Assembly: GCA_030390025.1 (NCBI GenBank)
Contig: JASTWF010000036.1
Span: 3,970,001 to 4,034,000, forward strand
DNA length: 64,000 nucleotides
Origin: Squalus acanthias
Taxonomy: Eukaryota
Reading direction: 5' to 3'
The notes under the pieces are model-generated. The model worked only from the letters and a program-made list of their open reading frames with translations. It searched no databases and was not told the origin of the DNA. Below, piece by piece: positions 49,170-62,609 of this stretch. Position 1 is the stretch's first letter; every line of letters begins with the position of its first letter. A program made the translations under genes and the position numbers.

Positions 49170-49432
49170 CATAGAATCATACAGCGCAGAAGGAGGCTAT
49201 TCAACCCACCGTGCCTCTTTGAAAGAGCTGTTCAATTAGTCCCACTCCCCCTGCTCTTTCCCCATAGCCCTGCAAAATTTTTCCTTTTCAAGTATATATC
49301 CAATTCCCCTTTTGAAAGTTACTGTTGAATCTGCTTCCACCGCCCTTTCAGGCAGCGCGTTCAAGATCGCAACAACTGGCTACGCAAAAAGAATTCTCCT
49401 CATCTCCCCTCTGGTTCTTTTGCCAATTCTCT
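49170..49432 (-). mobile_element. CR1 3' fragment
   Basis: Matches 30775-31040. Confidence 0.75.
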
Positions 49433-50619
49433 TAGAATTTGACATTGCAATCAGTACTTAACGCTGAGAGGGATTGGGGCTATTTCTACCCTGATGAACA
49501 TACCGATGGACAGGTCACGTGAATGTCTACGGTTACTGCTTGTCGTGCCTATTGCTATCCAAGTACCACAATTGAAAAGGACCTAGAGGCAATGAAAAAT
49601 GCCAGTATCTGAGCGATCACAAATCACTTGCTCTACCAGTGATTCTTAGTGCCATCCTTGACATTGTCTTGAAAATCCTTTTATCTGGGAGGAAGGGTGA
49701 GATCCTTGAGACCTTTGTGGTCCCATAATGGGAGCCACTTGGTATAAATATTATTGCAGGAACAGTCCCAGCTGTTACAGCCTCCTGCCTACATAAAACA
49801 AGTTTCATGTTTAATGAAAATGAGAGAACAGATGGACCACAATGGAGCAATATCAAATCGGCGCTCACATAAACGGACACTCGTAGAAGGTTAAAAGTGC
49901 TGAAGGTCTTTTACTTTTCAGAGATTTTTAATTGCCTAATTCCTGCTGTGATAATAGCAAGTCTGTCATGTTATCAGCTGCGTTGTTCTGCTCGACAGTA
50001 AATGCAATGTTCCGTCAAATCGGTTGTCCCAGATTGGTTTTGTTGCAGGCTGAGACTATCATGAAGGGTAAAACATGGTATTCAAAAATTCAATGACCCC
50101 TTGATCAAATAATATTTGACCCATTAATACTTCCTTGCGGAGACAAGGATTCTATTGAGGTGGGGCAGCCGATTTATGGCTCTCATTTAAAGCATACATT
50201 TGCACAGGCTTATGGTGTTTCATAATGTCATTGCCTCCAGAGCTGATGACATTAGATTTTTTATTTTTAATTGAAAAATCTACGTGAAAGGCCATGGCCC
50301 TAGTGTAAGATACCATCTGGGTTGAAAAGTGTAGGAAAGAAGAGAAGGTAAATCAAGAAGTAGAGATTAGGTGAAGCCAAGTTTAAGTTTTGAAAGCTTT
50401 TAGATTGTGGAGGAAGGGAAGACCGTAGGCGTTGAGGAATTTCATCATTTTGAAACTCTGCAGAGGAATAAGTCTAATAGGTTAGCGTTGATTTCAACAT
50501 AGTCAGGATGCAGGGCAGAGAAAGTACCTGTAGGAGAGCCTATTTGCAGTTTAGGAAGAACAAAAGAGGAAACATCAGAGGGATAGTGATCATTGTGGTA
50601 TATTGACCCCATATCCTGT

Positions 50620-51795
50620 CCACCACTAAGACCACCTACTTCCACCTCCGTAGCATTGCCCGTCTCTGCCCCTGCCTCAGCTCATCTGCTGTTGAAACAC
50701 TCATTCATGCCTTCGTTACCTCCAGACCCCACTATTCCTCCTGCTCTCCTGGCCCGCTTCCCACCTGCGCCCTCCCTAAACTTGAGCTCATCCGAAACTC
50801 GGCTGCCCGTGTCCTAACTCGCGCCAAGTCCCATTCAACCATCACCCCTGTGCTCGCTGACCTACATTGGCTCCCGGTCCGGCAATGCCTCAATTTTAAA
50901 ATTCTCACTCTTGTTTTCTAATCCCTCCATGGCTTCACCCCCTCCCTTTCTCTGTAACCTTCTCCCACCCTAAAACCCTCCGAGATCTCTGCGCTCCTCC
51001 AATTCTGGCCTCTTGAGCATCCCTAATTTTCATCGTTCCACCATTGGTGGCCGTGCCTTCAGCTGAAGCATAGAAACATAGAAGATAGGAGCAGGAGTAG
51101 GCCATTCGGCCCCTCGAGCCTGCTCCACCATTTAATGAGATCATGGCTGATCATCCAAACTCAGTACCCTGTCCCTGCCTTCTCCCCATATCCCTTGATC
51201 CCTTTAGCCTTAAGAAATATATCTATCTCCTTCTTGAATATATTTAATGAATTGGCCTCAACTGCCTTCTGTGGTAGAGAATTCCACATGTTCACCACTC
51301 TCTGGGTGAAGAAATTCCTCCTCATCTCAGTCCTAAATGGCTTACCCGTTATCCTTAGACTGTGACCCCTGGTTCTGGACTCCCCCGCCATCGGGAACAG
51401 CCTTCCTGCATCTAGTCTGTCTAGTCCTGTTAGAATTTTATAAGTTTCAATGAGATCCCCTCTCATTCTTCGAAACTCCAGCGAATATAAGCCCAATCGA
51501 CCCAATCTCTCTCCATACGTCATTCCTGCCATCCCAGGTATCAGTCTGGTGCACTCCCTCCATGGCAAGAACATCCTTCCTCTATGCTCTGGAATTCCCT
51601 CCCTAAACCTCTCCACCTCTCTCTCCTCCTTTAAGACGCTCCTTAAAACCTCCCTCTTTGACCAAGCTTTTGGTCACCTGTCCGAATATCTCCTTATGTG
51701 GCTCGGTGTCACATTTTGTCTGATGACGCTCCTGTGAAGCACCTTGGGAGGTTTTACTACGTTAAAGGCGCTATTTAAATGCAAATTGTTGTTGT
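50620..51795. mobile_element. L2 3' fragment (+) with nested CR1 3' fragment (-, ~51067-51585)
   Basis: L2 GGCCGTGCCTTCAGCTG resumes as GCTCTGGAATTCCCTCCC after the CR1 ORF 51161-51560. Confidence 0.8.
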
Positions 51796-51986
51796 TCTGT
51801 GAGAAATTGCACAGAATCTGGCAGCCCAAAAATGCTCCTGTGGTCCCCTCCGCAGACTTCACATCACTGCACTCCTGGGCCTAATGAGCTGTCCGTACAT
51901 CCAGGGTTCAAAAGACACAAAATAAAGGGAAATACATTGGAGGATGTATTTCCCTCATTTGCGTTGATTTAGCATCTGCCCACCCT

Positions 51987-52266
51987 GGGGTTTCCATCTC
52001 TGGTTGGACATATTCCTGGAGGTTTCATCACATGACCTCCTACCTTCAACCACCCTGCCCAATCAAACAAGCCTCCCCCCCCCCCCCGCCCCCATCTCCA
52101 ATATTTTCATCGCCAATAAATGAAAGTGTTCAAAGAAAATGAGAAAAACACACATTTTTATTAATTGTCCACTGATTTTTCTCCTGAGTTGCTCGCAGCA
52201 GTGTCTTAGGAGGTTAATCTTCAATTCCTGGAGACTCCAGGATAATCCTGGTGGCTTGGCAACCCA
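51987..52266. mobile_element. Possible non-autonomous hAT-type DNA transposon
   Basis: Degenerate termini GGGTTTCCA ... TGGCAACCC resembling (T)AGGGTTGCCA ends; TSD not evident. Confidence 0.4.
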
Positions 52267-52429
52267 ACCCACTCACATATGGGTACGGTGCCTTCTGCAC
52301 CATTGGGCCTGACTACCAGGAAATGGGGGGGGCGGTTGGCGGGGAAGTAGGGACAACAGCGGAGCATATTCCTGAGCAATTTTTCACCCAAGAACTGCCG
52401 AAAAATCTCGGTTCCTGTACATACACGAT

Positions 52430-52982
52430 CTCTCTCTCTTAGGCAGTCCCTCGGAACCGAGGATGACTTGCTTCCACATTAAAAATGAGTTCTCAGGTGA
52501 CTGATGAGTCCAATGCGGGACCTACAGTCTCTGTCACAGGTGGGGCAGACGGTGGTTGAAGGGGCGGGTGGGTGGGGTGCTTGGGTTGATGTGCGCTCCT
52601 TCCGCTGTTTACGCTTGGCTTCCGCTTGCTCCCGGCATAGAGACTCGAGGTGTTCGGCGTCTTCCCGGATGCTTCTCCTCCACTTTGTGCGGTCTTGGGC
52701 CAGGGATTCCCAGGTGTCGGTGGGGATGTTGCACTTTTTCAAGGAGGCTTTGAGGGTGTCCTTGAAGCGTTTCCTCTGCCCACCTGGGGCTCTCTTGCCG
52801 TGTCGGAGCTCTGAGTAGAGCGCTTGTTTTGGGAGTCTCGTATCGGGCATGCAGACGATGTGGCCGTCCATCGGAGCTGATCGAGCGTGGTCAAAGCTTC
52901 GATGCTGGGGATGTTGGCCTGAGCGAGAACACTGACGTTGGTGCGCCTATCCTGCCAATGGATTTGCAGGATCTTGCAGAAC
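52430..52982 (-). mobile_element. RTE-clade LINE 3' fragment
   Basis: GHIVCMPDTRLPKQALYSEL..GGQRKRFKDTLKASL..AQDRTKWR..CPTCDRDCRSRIGLISHLRTH. Confidence 0.88.
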
Positions 52983-53796
52983 ACTATACGGAAGCACAGA
53001 CCCTATAGGGAACGACATCAAGTATCATTTTTAAGGATTTGTGTGTTGCAATTACGTATAATGAGACTATTACAATTTCCTAGCTTGCTGTAAACAGGTG
53101 GGCCTTCTGTGTACCGACCAACTCTCCAGCAGAGTTCAGCAATGATGGATGATGACAATCGTTTGGCCCAAACTGTGAATCTTCTTCACGTCAACAATTG
53201 GGACATCTCACATGATTTGCATTGTTGTAGGCTTGTGGCCAATGCAGTCTTTGCACGCTCCTCCTGAACATCTTTTTTTCTTCCCAGGTGCTAATGGAAC
53301 ACAACATACCAGCTGCAAAATATTTTTCTGACACTCCTGAGGCAGTAGGAACTGTTCCACTGCTGTGCCTCCTTATATAAGATGTCGTCCAAATCAGGTT
53401 CGTGAATCTAATTAAACGCAGCGTGCCAGCTGGAAAAGGAAAAAAAAAGCAGCTGTCATCTTTGAAGCTTCTTTTTAAAACTTTCTTTTTTGTGTGTGTG
53501 CGTTCTATGCTCATCAAGGCAAGGGATGTTACTGCGGGGGGAATGGTCCCGTTTCAAGCACCCATTGTCAGCATCAAGCACTTGCAGGTCAGGTATAACA
53601 AGGTTAGATGCAGAGTAAAAAGTTCCCTCGACTCTTCCCCAACAATCTGCCTCAGTCCGAACCTGAGAAGAGGCAAGACTGACACAGATATGTTGACAGA
53701 TAGATCGATCTTCCTTTTATACAAATACAGTGCATTTCACAACCTCAGGACGTCCCAAAGCGCTTTACAGCCAATGAAGTACTTTTGAAATGTCGT

Positions 53797-54189
53797 CTTC
53801 TTCTTAGGCAGTCCCTCGGAACCGAGGATGACTTGCTTCCACACTAAAAATGAGTTCTCAGGTGACTGATGAGTCCAATGCGGGACCTACAGTCTCTGTC
53901 ACAGGTGGGGCAGACGGTGGTTGAAGGGGCGGGTGGGTGGGGTGCTTGGCTTGACGTGCGCTCCTTCCGCTCCTTGCGCTTGGCTTCCGCTTGCTCCCGG
54001 CGAAGAGACTCGAGGTGTTCGGCGCCTTCCCGGATGCTTCTCCTCCACTTTGTGCGGTCTTGGGCCAGGGATTCCCAGGTGTCGGTGGGGCTGTTGCACT
54101 TTTTCCAAGGAGGCTTTGAGGGTGTCCTTGAAGCGTTTCCTCTACCCACCTGGGGCTCTCTTGCTGTGTCGGAGCTCCGAGTAGAGCGC
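53797..54189 (-). mobile_element. RTE-clade LINE 3' fragment inserted in a SINE tail
   Basis: Near-identical to 52437-52822; (GAA)n tail. Confidence 0.88.
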
Positions 54190-54190
54190 G

Positions 54191-54270
54191 TGTCACACTA
54201 CATTACAACAGTGACTACATTGTTAAAGGCAAAGGCAACAATGTAGTCACTGTTGTAATGTAGTGTGACA
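54191..54270. repeat. Perfect 34-bp inverted repeat with a 12-nt loop
   Basis: TGTCACACTACATTACAACAGTGACTACATTGTT-AAAGGCAAAGGC-AACAATGTAGTCACTGTTGTAATGTAGTGTGACA. Confidence 0.95.
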
Positions 54271-55244
54271 TTTTTTCATTCCCCAAACCAACCATGAGAT
54301 TGCCAATTAGTGTTGAATGGGAGTCAGTCGTGTGCTGTAGGCCCATGCCCAGTCCAAACTGGATGAACATTGCCCATGTCGGACCTTCACAGTTAACAGA
54401 CAGAGGAGACTTTCATACAGTAGGGGTCCTGGTGCTTCACAAGTTTCTCAAGGATTTTTGTCTTTCATTTAATATTTTGCGCTATTTACTTCGCATTAAT
54501 ATTTCCTTAAATTCCTGCAGCGTAATATAGCCATCGGAAAATGAAAATTCGTTCATTCCTTAAAACCTCAGTACCAGCTCAATATCAGGTCTGCTTACCG
54601 AATGCTGCAAACAGACATATGTAGTAATTCATTCCTTAAAGGTCCCTGGAACTCTCTTAATGAATAAGTATGCCTTCCTCAATAGAATCTGTAGCAAAAA
54701 CTGGAATCCAGCGCCTGGCAGTGAAGGGATTGTTGTTAATTCGCAGGAGGTGTTGTGCAGATGAGACTTGAAACACTTCTTTCAAAAGCAATAAAACCGC
54801 ATCTAATCAGGGCATGAATACATAGAGCAGAGTCAATTGGGAGCAGTGAGATGTGGACTTTGTTCTGCGATTGTCAAAGAACTTGAAATCACAAGTGATT
54901 TATCTTGTACTGAGCCAATGCTCTATTCCTATGTTGCCCACTGAATGCTCCTTTTCTACAGCATATGATTAATGTTCAAAAAAATATAGCTCAGGTTTAG
55001 CTGTCGTGAGAGCTATGGAGGTCTTGTTTTAAAAATAACGCCGTTTGGCTGCGGAGTTTAATCAACACGCACCATATTTCCTGTGTTTTAGTTGTCAAGA
55101 AAATGTTTCCTGGTGTCCATGGTGTCGAACTGTTCTGAATGCCCCAGAAGTGGCGGTGTATTATCCTAGGACTCATCACAGAATGGCGCAATGATGTAAT
55201 GTGCATCATCCATGATCGTAGAGTTGCATTTTGATGGGGAAGCA

Positions 55245-55870
55245 CTGGGGCTCATTTCTCGAGGGATAGAATTGAAAAGCAGAGAACTTATGTTAAACTT
55301 GTATCGAACCTTGGTTAGACCACACTTGGAATAAACAGTTCTGGTCTCCATATTATAAAAGGTATATAGAGGCACTGGAGAAGGTGCAAAAACAATTTAT
55401 TAGAATGATACCAGAACTGAGAGGTTCTACCCATCAGGAACGATTGAACAGGCTGGGGCTCTTTCCTCTAGAAAAGAGAAGGCTGAGGGGTGATCTGATC
55501 GAGGGCTTTAAGATTATGAAAGGGTTTGATAGGGTAGATGTAGAGAAGATGTTTCCACTTGTGGGGGAGACCAGAACTAGGGGCCATCAATATCAGATAG
55601 TCACTGATAAATCCAATGGGGAATTCAGAAGAAACTTCTTTCCCCAGAGAGTGGTGAGAATGTGGAACTCACTACCACAGGGAGTGGTTGAGGCAAATAG
55701 CACAGATGTATTTAAGGGGAAGCGAGATAAACACATGAGGGAGAAAGGGAATAGAAGGATATGCTGATAGGGTGAGATGAAGTAGGGGTGGGAGGAGGCT
55801 CGTGTGGAGCATAAACACCGGCACGGACCAGTTGGACCGGATGGCCTGTTTCTGTGCTGTACATTCTATG
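55245..55870 (+). mobile_element. CR1 3' fragment
   Basis: ORF 55384-55767 [22 protein letters not shown]. Confidence 0.85.
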
Positions 55871-56954
55871 TAATACTTTGTAACTATGCAAGTGGCTGTA
55901 CTGGCCTTTGTTTGGCACCTCCTCTTGGAAGCCTTGTTGAGAATGGTATCTTGCCTTGTGGAGAATCATGAATCCAAACCATGTCCTACCACAACAAGTG
56001 AGATCCCCAACTTGATGTGCTACAATCTCTCTGGGTGCTTGTTTTAATTTAGTCGAAGAAATATCCTCAGTGGCTTTAAGGTGCCTGATCTGCACTGTGG
56101 CTGTTTGCAAAGTAAACCACAGCTCAATAAACACACAAAACTGTCCTTGGCCAATCCTCCCACTTTTTCCTGCAAGGTGATTGGAGTGTTGGGTGGGAGC
56201 TTGTACTGAATGGGCCTCCAGGAACAGGCCTCCAGTCCGAGGCGAACATCACTCGGGCACAGGAACAATGGGTCGAATGGCCTCCTTCAGTGCTGTATGA
56301 TTCTACACTGATATGAACTCATCTTTCGCACAGCTACTTTCTGAGTTTCTGAAAGGCTGTGAAATACCAAAACCGCAGAGATCTGCTTGCAGACGGAGAG
56401 CAAGGGTGACGAAGGGTGGGGGTCACGATTGTTTCCATAGATCCCGAGGATCTGTGTGGCTTTGAAATTGCGCTGTATGACATGGGCGTCTGAATGGGTT
56501 TTTAAACAGATTAACGCCTCTGTTACAATTACGTTCCGAAGGGTTTTTGTACAAACACGTTAACCGTTCCGCCACTGATCCTGCACAGTGCGATTTCAAG
56601 GCCCGTGTATTTAAAAAAAAATTCAAACTCATTTGACGTACACAATTTGTAGAATTGACTTGATGTTTTCAAAGAAGTCATTTTGCCTTTTCCTGTCTGT
56701 GTGTAATGACATAATTCTTCAGACTGGAAGGAAGGGTGAAATGGCCTGAGGTATAAATTGATGTGATTTGCTGGAGTGCCTTCGCTCCAATTGTGTTCGA
56801 AGGAGATAAAATTCTATGGTTTAGCACACCCCCTCCCCCAGATAAATAGGTAGTTTAGTTCAAAAAAGAACTAAGTAATTCAATCACACTTATTTCCATT
56901 TCCTTCCTTCAGAATTTGATTAGATCTCTGGAGCATTGTGCTGCAGAATCCTAG

Positions 56955-58280
56955 GCCACTATATTCTTTCCCACTATATCCCAGCCTACTGTACTCTATC
57001 CCGCTGTATCCCAGCCTACTGTACTCTATCCTGCTGTATCCCAGCCTACTGTACTCTATCCCGCTGTATCCCAGCCTACGATACTCTATCCCGCTGTATC
57101 CCAGCCTACTATACTCTATCCCGCTGTATCCCAGCCTACTGTACTCTATCCCGCTGTATCCCAGCCTATGATACTCTATCCCGCTGTATCCCAGCCTACT
57201 GTACTCTATCCCGCTGTATCCCAGCCTACTGTACTCTATCCCGCTGTATCCCAGCCTACTATACTCTATCCCGCTGTATCCCAGCCTACGGTACTCTATC
57301 CCGCTGTATCCCAGCCTACGATACTCTATCCCGCTGTATCCCAGCCTACTATACTCTATCCCGCTGTATCCCAGCCTACTATACTCTATCCCGCTGTATC
57401 CCAGCCTACTGTACTCTATCCCGCTGTATCCCAGCCTACGATACTCTATCCCGCTGTATCCCAGCCTACGATACTCTATCCCGCTGTATCCCAGCCTACG
57501 ATACTCTATCCCGCTGTATCCCAGCCTACTGTACTCTATCCCGCTGTATCCCAGCCTACTGTACTCTATCCCGCTGTATCCCAGCCTATGATACTCTATC
57601 CCGCTATATCGCAGCCTACGATACTCTATCCCGCTGTATCCCAGCCTACGATACTCTATCCCGCTGTATCCCAGCCTACTGTACTCTATCCCGCTGTATC
57701 CCAGCCTACGATACTCTATCCCGCTGTATCCCAGCCTACGATACTCTATCCCGCTGTATCCCAGCCTACGATACTCTATCCCGCTGTATCCCAGCCTACG
57801 ATACTCTATCCCGCTGTATCCCAGCCTACGATACTCTATCCCGCTGTATCCCAGCCTACTGTACTCTATCCCGCTGTATCCCAGCCTACGGTACTCTATC
57901 CCGCTGTATCCCAGCCTACGATACTCTATCCCGCTGTATCCCAGCCTACGGTACTCTATCCCGCTGTATCCCAGCCTACGGTACTCTATCCCGCTGTATC
58001 CCAGCCTACGGTACTCCATCCCGCTGTATCCCAGCCTACTGTACTCTATCCCGCTGTATCCCAGCCTACTGTACTCTATCCCGCTGTATCCCAGCCTACT
58101 GTACTCTATCCCGCTGTATCCCAGCCTACGGTACTCTATCCCGCTGTATCCCAGCCTACGGTACTCTATCCCGTTGTATCCCAGCCTACGGTACTCTATC
58201 CCGCTGTATCCCAGCCTACGATACTCTATCCCGCTGTATCCCAGCCTACGATACTCTATCCCGCTGTATCCCAGCCTACG
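56955..58280. repeat. 30-bp minisatellite, ~44 copies
   Basis: Unit CCGCTGTATCCCAGCCTAC(T/G)(G/A)TACTCTATC. Confidence 0.97.
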
Positions 58281-59039
58281 TTGCTCTATTAAAATTAAAA
58301 GAGGGATAATCACCGGCTGGGGTCCTGTTTTCTTAGTGTGCCGGCACTGTCCGAAGTGGAAGATCTCTCTTTAAAACTCAAACCGTATATGTTTCATGCT
58401 TTGCGACATAAAATCATAGTAGGGATGTTCGACAAAGGAATACAGTGCGATCTGTGCTGTGTATGGAACATATGTGTCATTACGTATCCGGGGAAACACT
58501 TGTGCCGTTTCCAGGCAACACAATGGAACGACTGATGGGACCAGTATTGTGGTGTCGTGCTGCCATAGGGCCCTGCCAATATTCTGATGTAAAGCCAACA
58601 GTCCAGATCCTGTGGTTCTTGGGGGTGAGATTCTGGGGGAATGGTGTGACCACCAGCTATATGTGTTTACCCCAGAGCTGTCAATATTGGAGAAGTCTCT
58701 GCCGTGAGATTTACAGATGCTGTAGTCACTGCAGCAACACATATGGGCCACCCCCTGCACACAAGTCACACTCCAAACTTAAGCAACCCCTCCACTCTAA
58801 CTCAAAGAATTAACCTGTGTGTAGGGCAGCCCCCACCGCAAACCAATTTTTTGCTCAAAGTGCAGCCTATAGACGAGTTGATATGGGACTGAACTCCCAC
58901 TCCCCTGTGCCTGGTGCAGCGGGCATGCAAAGCCAGGGTGAGGGAGGGTGGGCAGCGACCTTGTGCCCAACTTGCACTTTAAAAGCACTCACTTGGGTTT
59001 TCTGCTGGATATGCACTGGGGTCAAAGGTGGCTCCATGG

Positions 59040-59250
59040 CCAAAGCTTCATCAGGGGATTGAATTTTTTCCTGCACTGCAGACAGGTCCCCTAGAGAGTA
59101 TTGCAAGTGTTAATCCTTTTCACCACATCCTGGTATGCTTTTCTGCCCAAAGGTTTGGACACCTTAAGGACATGTCTGGGTAAGAGGACCTCTGTCCTCT
59201 GCTTTACTTTCTGTGGAAGTTGTTCTAAGCTTTCGCCACCGTTTCGAATG
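59040..59250 (-). pseudogene. Second decayed Harbinger Myb/SANT exon relic
   Basis: ESLEQLPQKVKQRTEVLLP..RKAYQDVVKRINTCNTL*GTCLQCRKKFNPLMK parallels SSLHTLVEAVRARREVLFP..RAWLDIAEEV..RTWI*CRKRFNDLMR. Confidence 0.6.
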
Positions 59251-60202
59251 AGGTACTGTGCTGGTGACCAGTGCTGGGAGAACAGAACCCCGGCCAGAGT
59301 CAGGTACTGGGCAATGACCAGCGCTGGTGGAACAGAACCCCGGCCAGAGTCAGGTACTGGACAATGACCAGCGCTCATAGAACAGAACACCGGCAAGAGT
59401 CAGGTACTGGGCAACGACCAGTGCTCATAGAACAGAACCCTGGCAAGAGTCAGGTACTGGACAATGACCAGTGCTCATAGAACAGAACCCCGGCCAGAGT
59501 CAGGTACTGGACAATGACCAGTGCTCATAGAACAGAACCCCGGCCAGAGTCAGGTACTGGACAATGACCAGTGCTCATAGAACAGAACCCCGGCAAGAGT
59601 CAGGTACTGGACAATGACCAGTGCTCATAGAACAGAACCCCGGCAAGAGTCAGGTACTGGGCAATGACCAGCGCTGGTAGAACAGAACCCCGGCAAGAGT
59701 CAGGTACTGGGCAATGACCAGCGCTGGTAGAACAGAACCCCGGCAAGAGTCAGGTACTGGACAATGACCAGTGCTCATAGAACAGAACCCCGGCAAGAGT
59801 CAGGTACTGGGCAATGACCAGTGCTCATAGAACAGAACCCCGGCAAGAGTCAGGTACTGGGCAATGACCAGCGCTGGTAGAACAGAACCCCGGCAAGAGT
59901 CAGGTACTGGGCAATGACCAGCGCTGGTAGAACAGAACCCCGGCAAGAGTCAGGTACTGGGCAATGACCAGCGCTGGTAGAACAGAACCCCGGCAAGAGT
60001 CAGGTACTGGACAATGACCAGCGCTGGGAGAACAGAACCCCGGCCAGAGTCAGGTACTGGGCAACGACCAGCGCTGGGAGAACAGAACCCCGGCCAGAGT
60101 CAGGTACTGGGCAATGACCAGCGCTGGGAGAACAGAACCCCGGCCAGAGTCAGGTACTGGACAACGACCAGCGCTGGGAGAACAGAACACCGGCCAGAGT
60201 CA
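59251..60202. repeat. 50-bp minisatellite, ~19 copies
   Basis: Unit CAGGTACTGGRCAATGACCAGYGCTSRTAGAACAGAACCCCGGCMAGAGT. Confidence 0.97.
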
Positions 60203-61668
60203 CCATCTTCAGGAGCAGAGGTGCGAAAACTGGAGTTACAATAGAAAGTTTTCAATTATTAACAGTAATAATTATTAGTGAAGTTTCCTTTTCTCTGCTC
60301 AATGTGTTCATGTACAATTCATTTGTGCACCATTTGAACATAGTCATGAACCTGTTTCAGGTTAATAATGTCTTTAAATAGTTCTTAACGGAAATTTGGT
60401 GCAAATACGAGATGAAATGAAACACCTTTGAGATTTGGGATCTTTTGAAAATGGACAGCCCCAAAACTGACTCCCTGAGAAACACAGTGAGATGTAGCAC
60501 AATTGCTTTTACTTGTTTGACATGAGCATAAAAGGCACAGGAGAGATCGGGTCCCAGCCTGTGGCCGAGCCAAGGATGCCGCGAAACGTCTGAACTGCCT
60601 ATTCTGGTGTTGTGCTTCAACTTGGCGACTCTCGGTGCCACACAGGGTCACTGCTGTGATCCAGAAGCTTTAACAGGTGAGCTGGGTACCAGTCAAGCTG
60701 CCCTCCTCCTCTGACTAAAGCTGGCCACCTTTAACTTGAGTCCATCTGACTGACTGTCTCCAGTGACAACACTTCACGCAAGAAATGTCTTTCCTCATTC
60801 GCCAGATGCTCGAATATGTTTCATCTGGGCAGCTTGGCCGTTCGAAGGATTTTAACCCTCACACTGCTGGATAAACAGCACAGGGCTGCGGTAGAAAAAT
60901 CCAGTGAGATACCCTTTACATTGTTGTTAGTAAAATGAAATTAATATGACTCTGTGTGTTATCTGTTTAACTTCTGCACAGACCTACTTGCATTCTGTCT
61001 TGGATACCAGGAGGTACCATGTCTAATGTCTCACATTTGACATTTTGGCAGCTCAGCTGATATTTTGATGGCCCGGGACTACAGTCAATTTTTACCTCTC
61101 TCCCTTAAGCTAATGGTGCCGCGATGTTGGTAGTTGAGACCTATCTGATCCGCTTAGGATTCTGTTGTTATTAATTGCTTCCTCGCAAGCGGGAAAATAG
61201 GCGACCATGGAGGAGTTGGGAGGCAGCGGAGTGTGACCAAAATGAGGTACAAACTCTGAACTTTGAACTTTTGCCGTTGAAGCAAAGCCACGTCTCAAAT
61301 ACATATCCAGATTTCTTTCCATTGGCATTAGTTTTGGAGGGAGCTTTCGGCTTAACATAACATCCGAAATAGAAGCAGGAATAGGCTATTCGGCCCCTCG
61401 GCTCGTTGTACCAGTTTAGTTTAGCAGCTGATCAAAATGTTTCTATTCCCCCACTCTCCCCATCTTAAGATTTTTCGGACCTTTCTGTGATCCTCCTATG
61501 CCATGTGGCACTGCCCACTGAGAGGATGAGCAGGCAAATTGTTTGAAGGCCTCTGCCAATGTTACCCTTGTGCCGACTGCTAGAAGGTGAACAAGGGCAG
61601 CCTAGGATGGCATGGTTTCTGTGTTTCCCTCACATCCTGCAGATAAGGGCTTTATCTCACTTAAAATG

Positions 61669-62609
61669 ACAACAACAACAACAACAACTTGTATTTATAT
61701 AGCGCCTTTAACGTAGTAAAACGTCCCAAGGTGCTGCACAGGAGTATTTTAAGTCAAAAAATTTGACACCGAGCCACATAAGGAGAAATTAGGGCAGATG
61801 ACCAAAAGCTTGGTCAAAGAGGTAGGTTTTAAGGAGCGTCTTAAAGGAGGAGGGAGAGGTGGAGAGGTTTAGGGAGGGAATTCCAGAGCTTAGGGCCCAG
61901 GCAACAGAAGGCACGGCCACCAATGGTTGAGCGATTATAATCAGGGATGCTCAAGAGGGCAGAATTAGAGGAGCGCAGATATCTCGGGGGGGGGGGGGGG
62001 TTGTGGGGGCTGAAGGAGATTACAGAGATAGGGAGGGGCGAGGCCATGGAGGGATTTGAAAACAAGGATGAGAATTTTGAAATCGAGGTGCTGCTTAACC
62101 GGGAGCCAATGTAGGTCAGCGAGCACAGGGGAGTTGGGCGAACGGGACTTGGTGCGAGTTAGGACACGGGCAGCCGAGTTTTGGATGACCTCAAGTTTAC
62201 GTATGGTGGAATGTGGGAGGCCAGCCAGGTGTGCATTGGAATAGTCAAGTCTAGAGGTAACAAAGGCATGGATGAGGGTTTCAGCAGCGGATGAGCTGAG
62301 GCAAGGGCAGAGACGGAGGTGGAAGTAGGCGGTCTTAGTTATGCTGCGGATAAGTGGTCGGAAGCTCATTTCAGGGTCAAATATGACACCAAGGTTGCGA
62401 ACAGTGTGGTTCAGCCTCAGACAGATCTTGGGGAGAGGGATGGAGTCAGTGGCTAGGGAACAGAGTTTGTGGCAGGGACCGAAAACAATGGCTTCGGTTT
62501 TCCCAATATTTAATTGGAGAAAATTTTTGCTCATCCAGAACTGTATGTCAGACAAGCAGTCTGACAATTTAGAGACCGCGGAGGGGTCAAGAGAAGAAGT
62601 AGTGAGGTA
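61669..62609 (-). mobile_element. L2 LINE 3' portion
   Basis: ORF 61965-62567 CLSDIQFWMSKNFLQLNIGKTEAI..VRNLGVIFD..SRLDYSN..LHWLPV; (TTG)n tail. Confidence 0.9.

Noticed and set aside
51926..51955. 12-bp hairpin (similar small hairpins at ~8831-8905 and ~30641-30674)
   Set aside because: Isolated short inverted repeats, probably MITE debris; no support for function
56880..58313. 477-, 457- and 374-aa repetitive ORFs as real proteins
   Set aside because: They arise from a 30-bp tandem unit that lacks stops in several frames on both strands; no non-repeat domain
59251..60202. CRISPR-like array
   Set aside because: Head-to-tail units with no unique spacers, no cas genes, eukaryotic context
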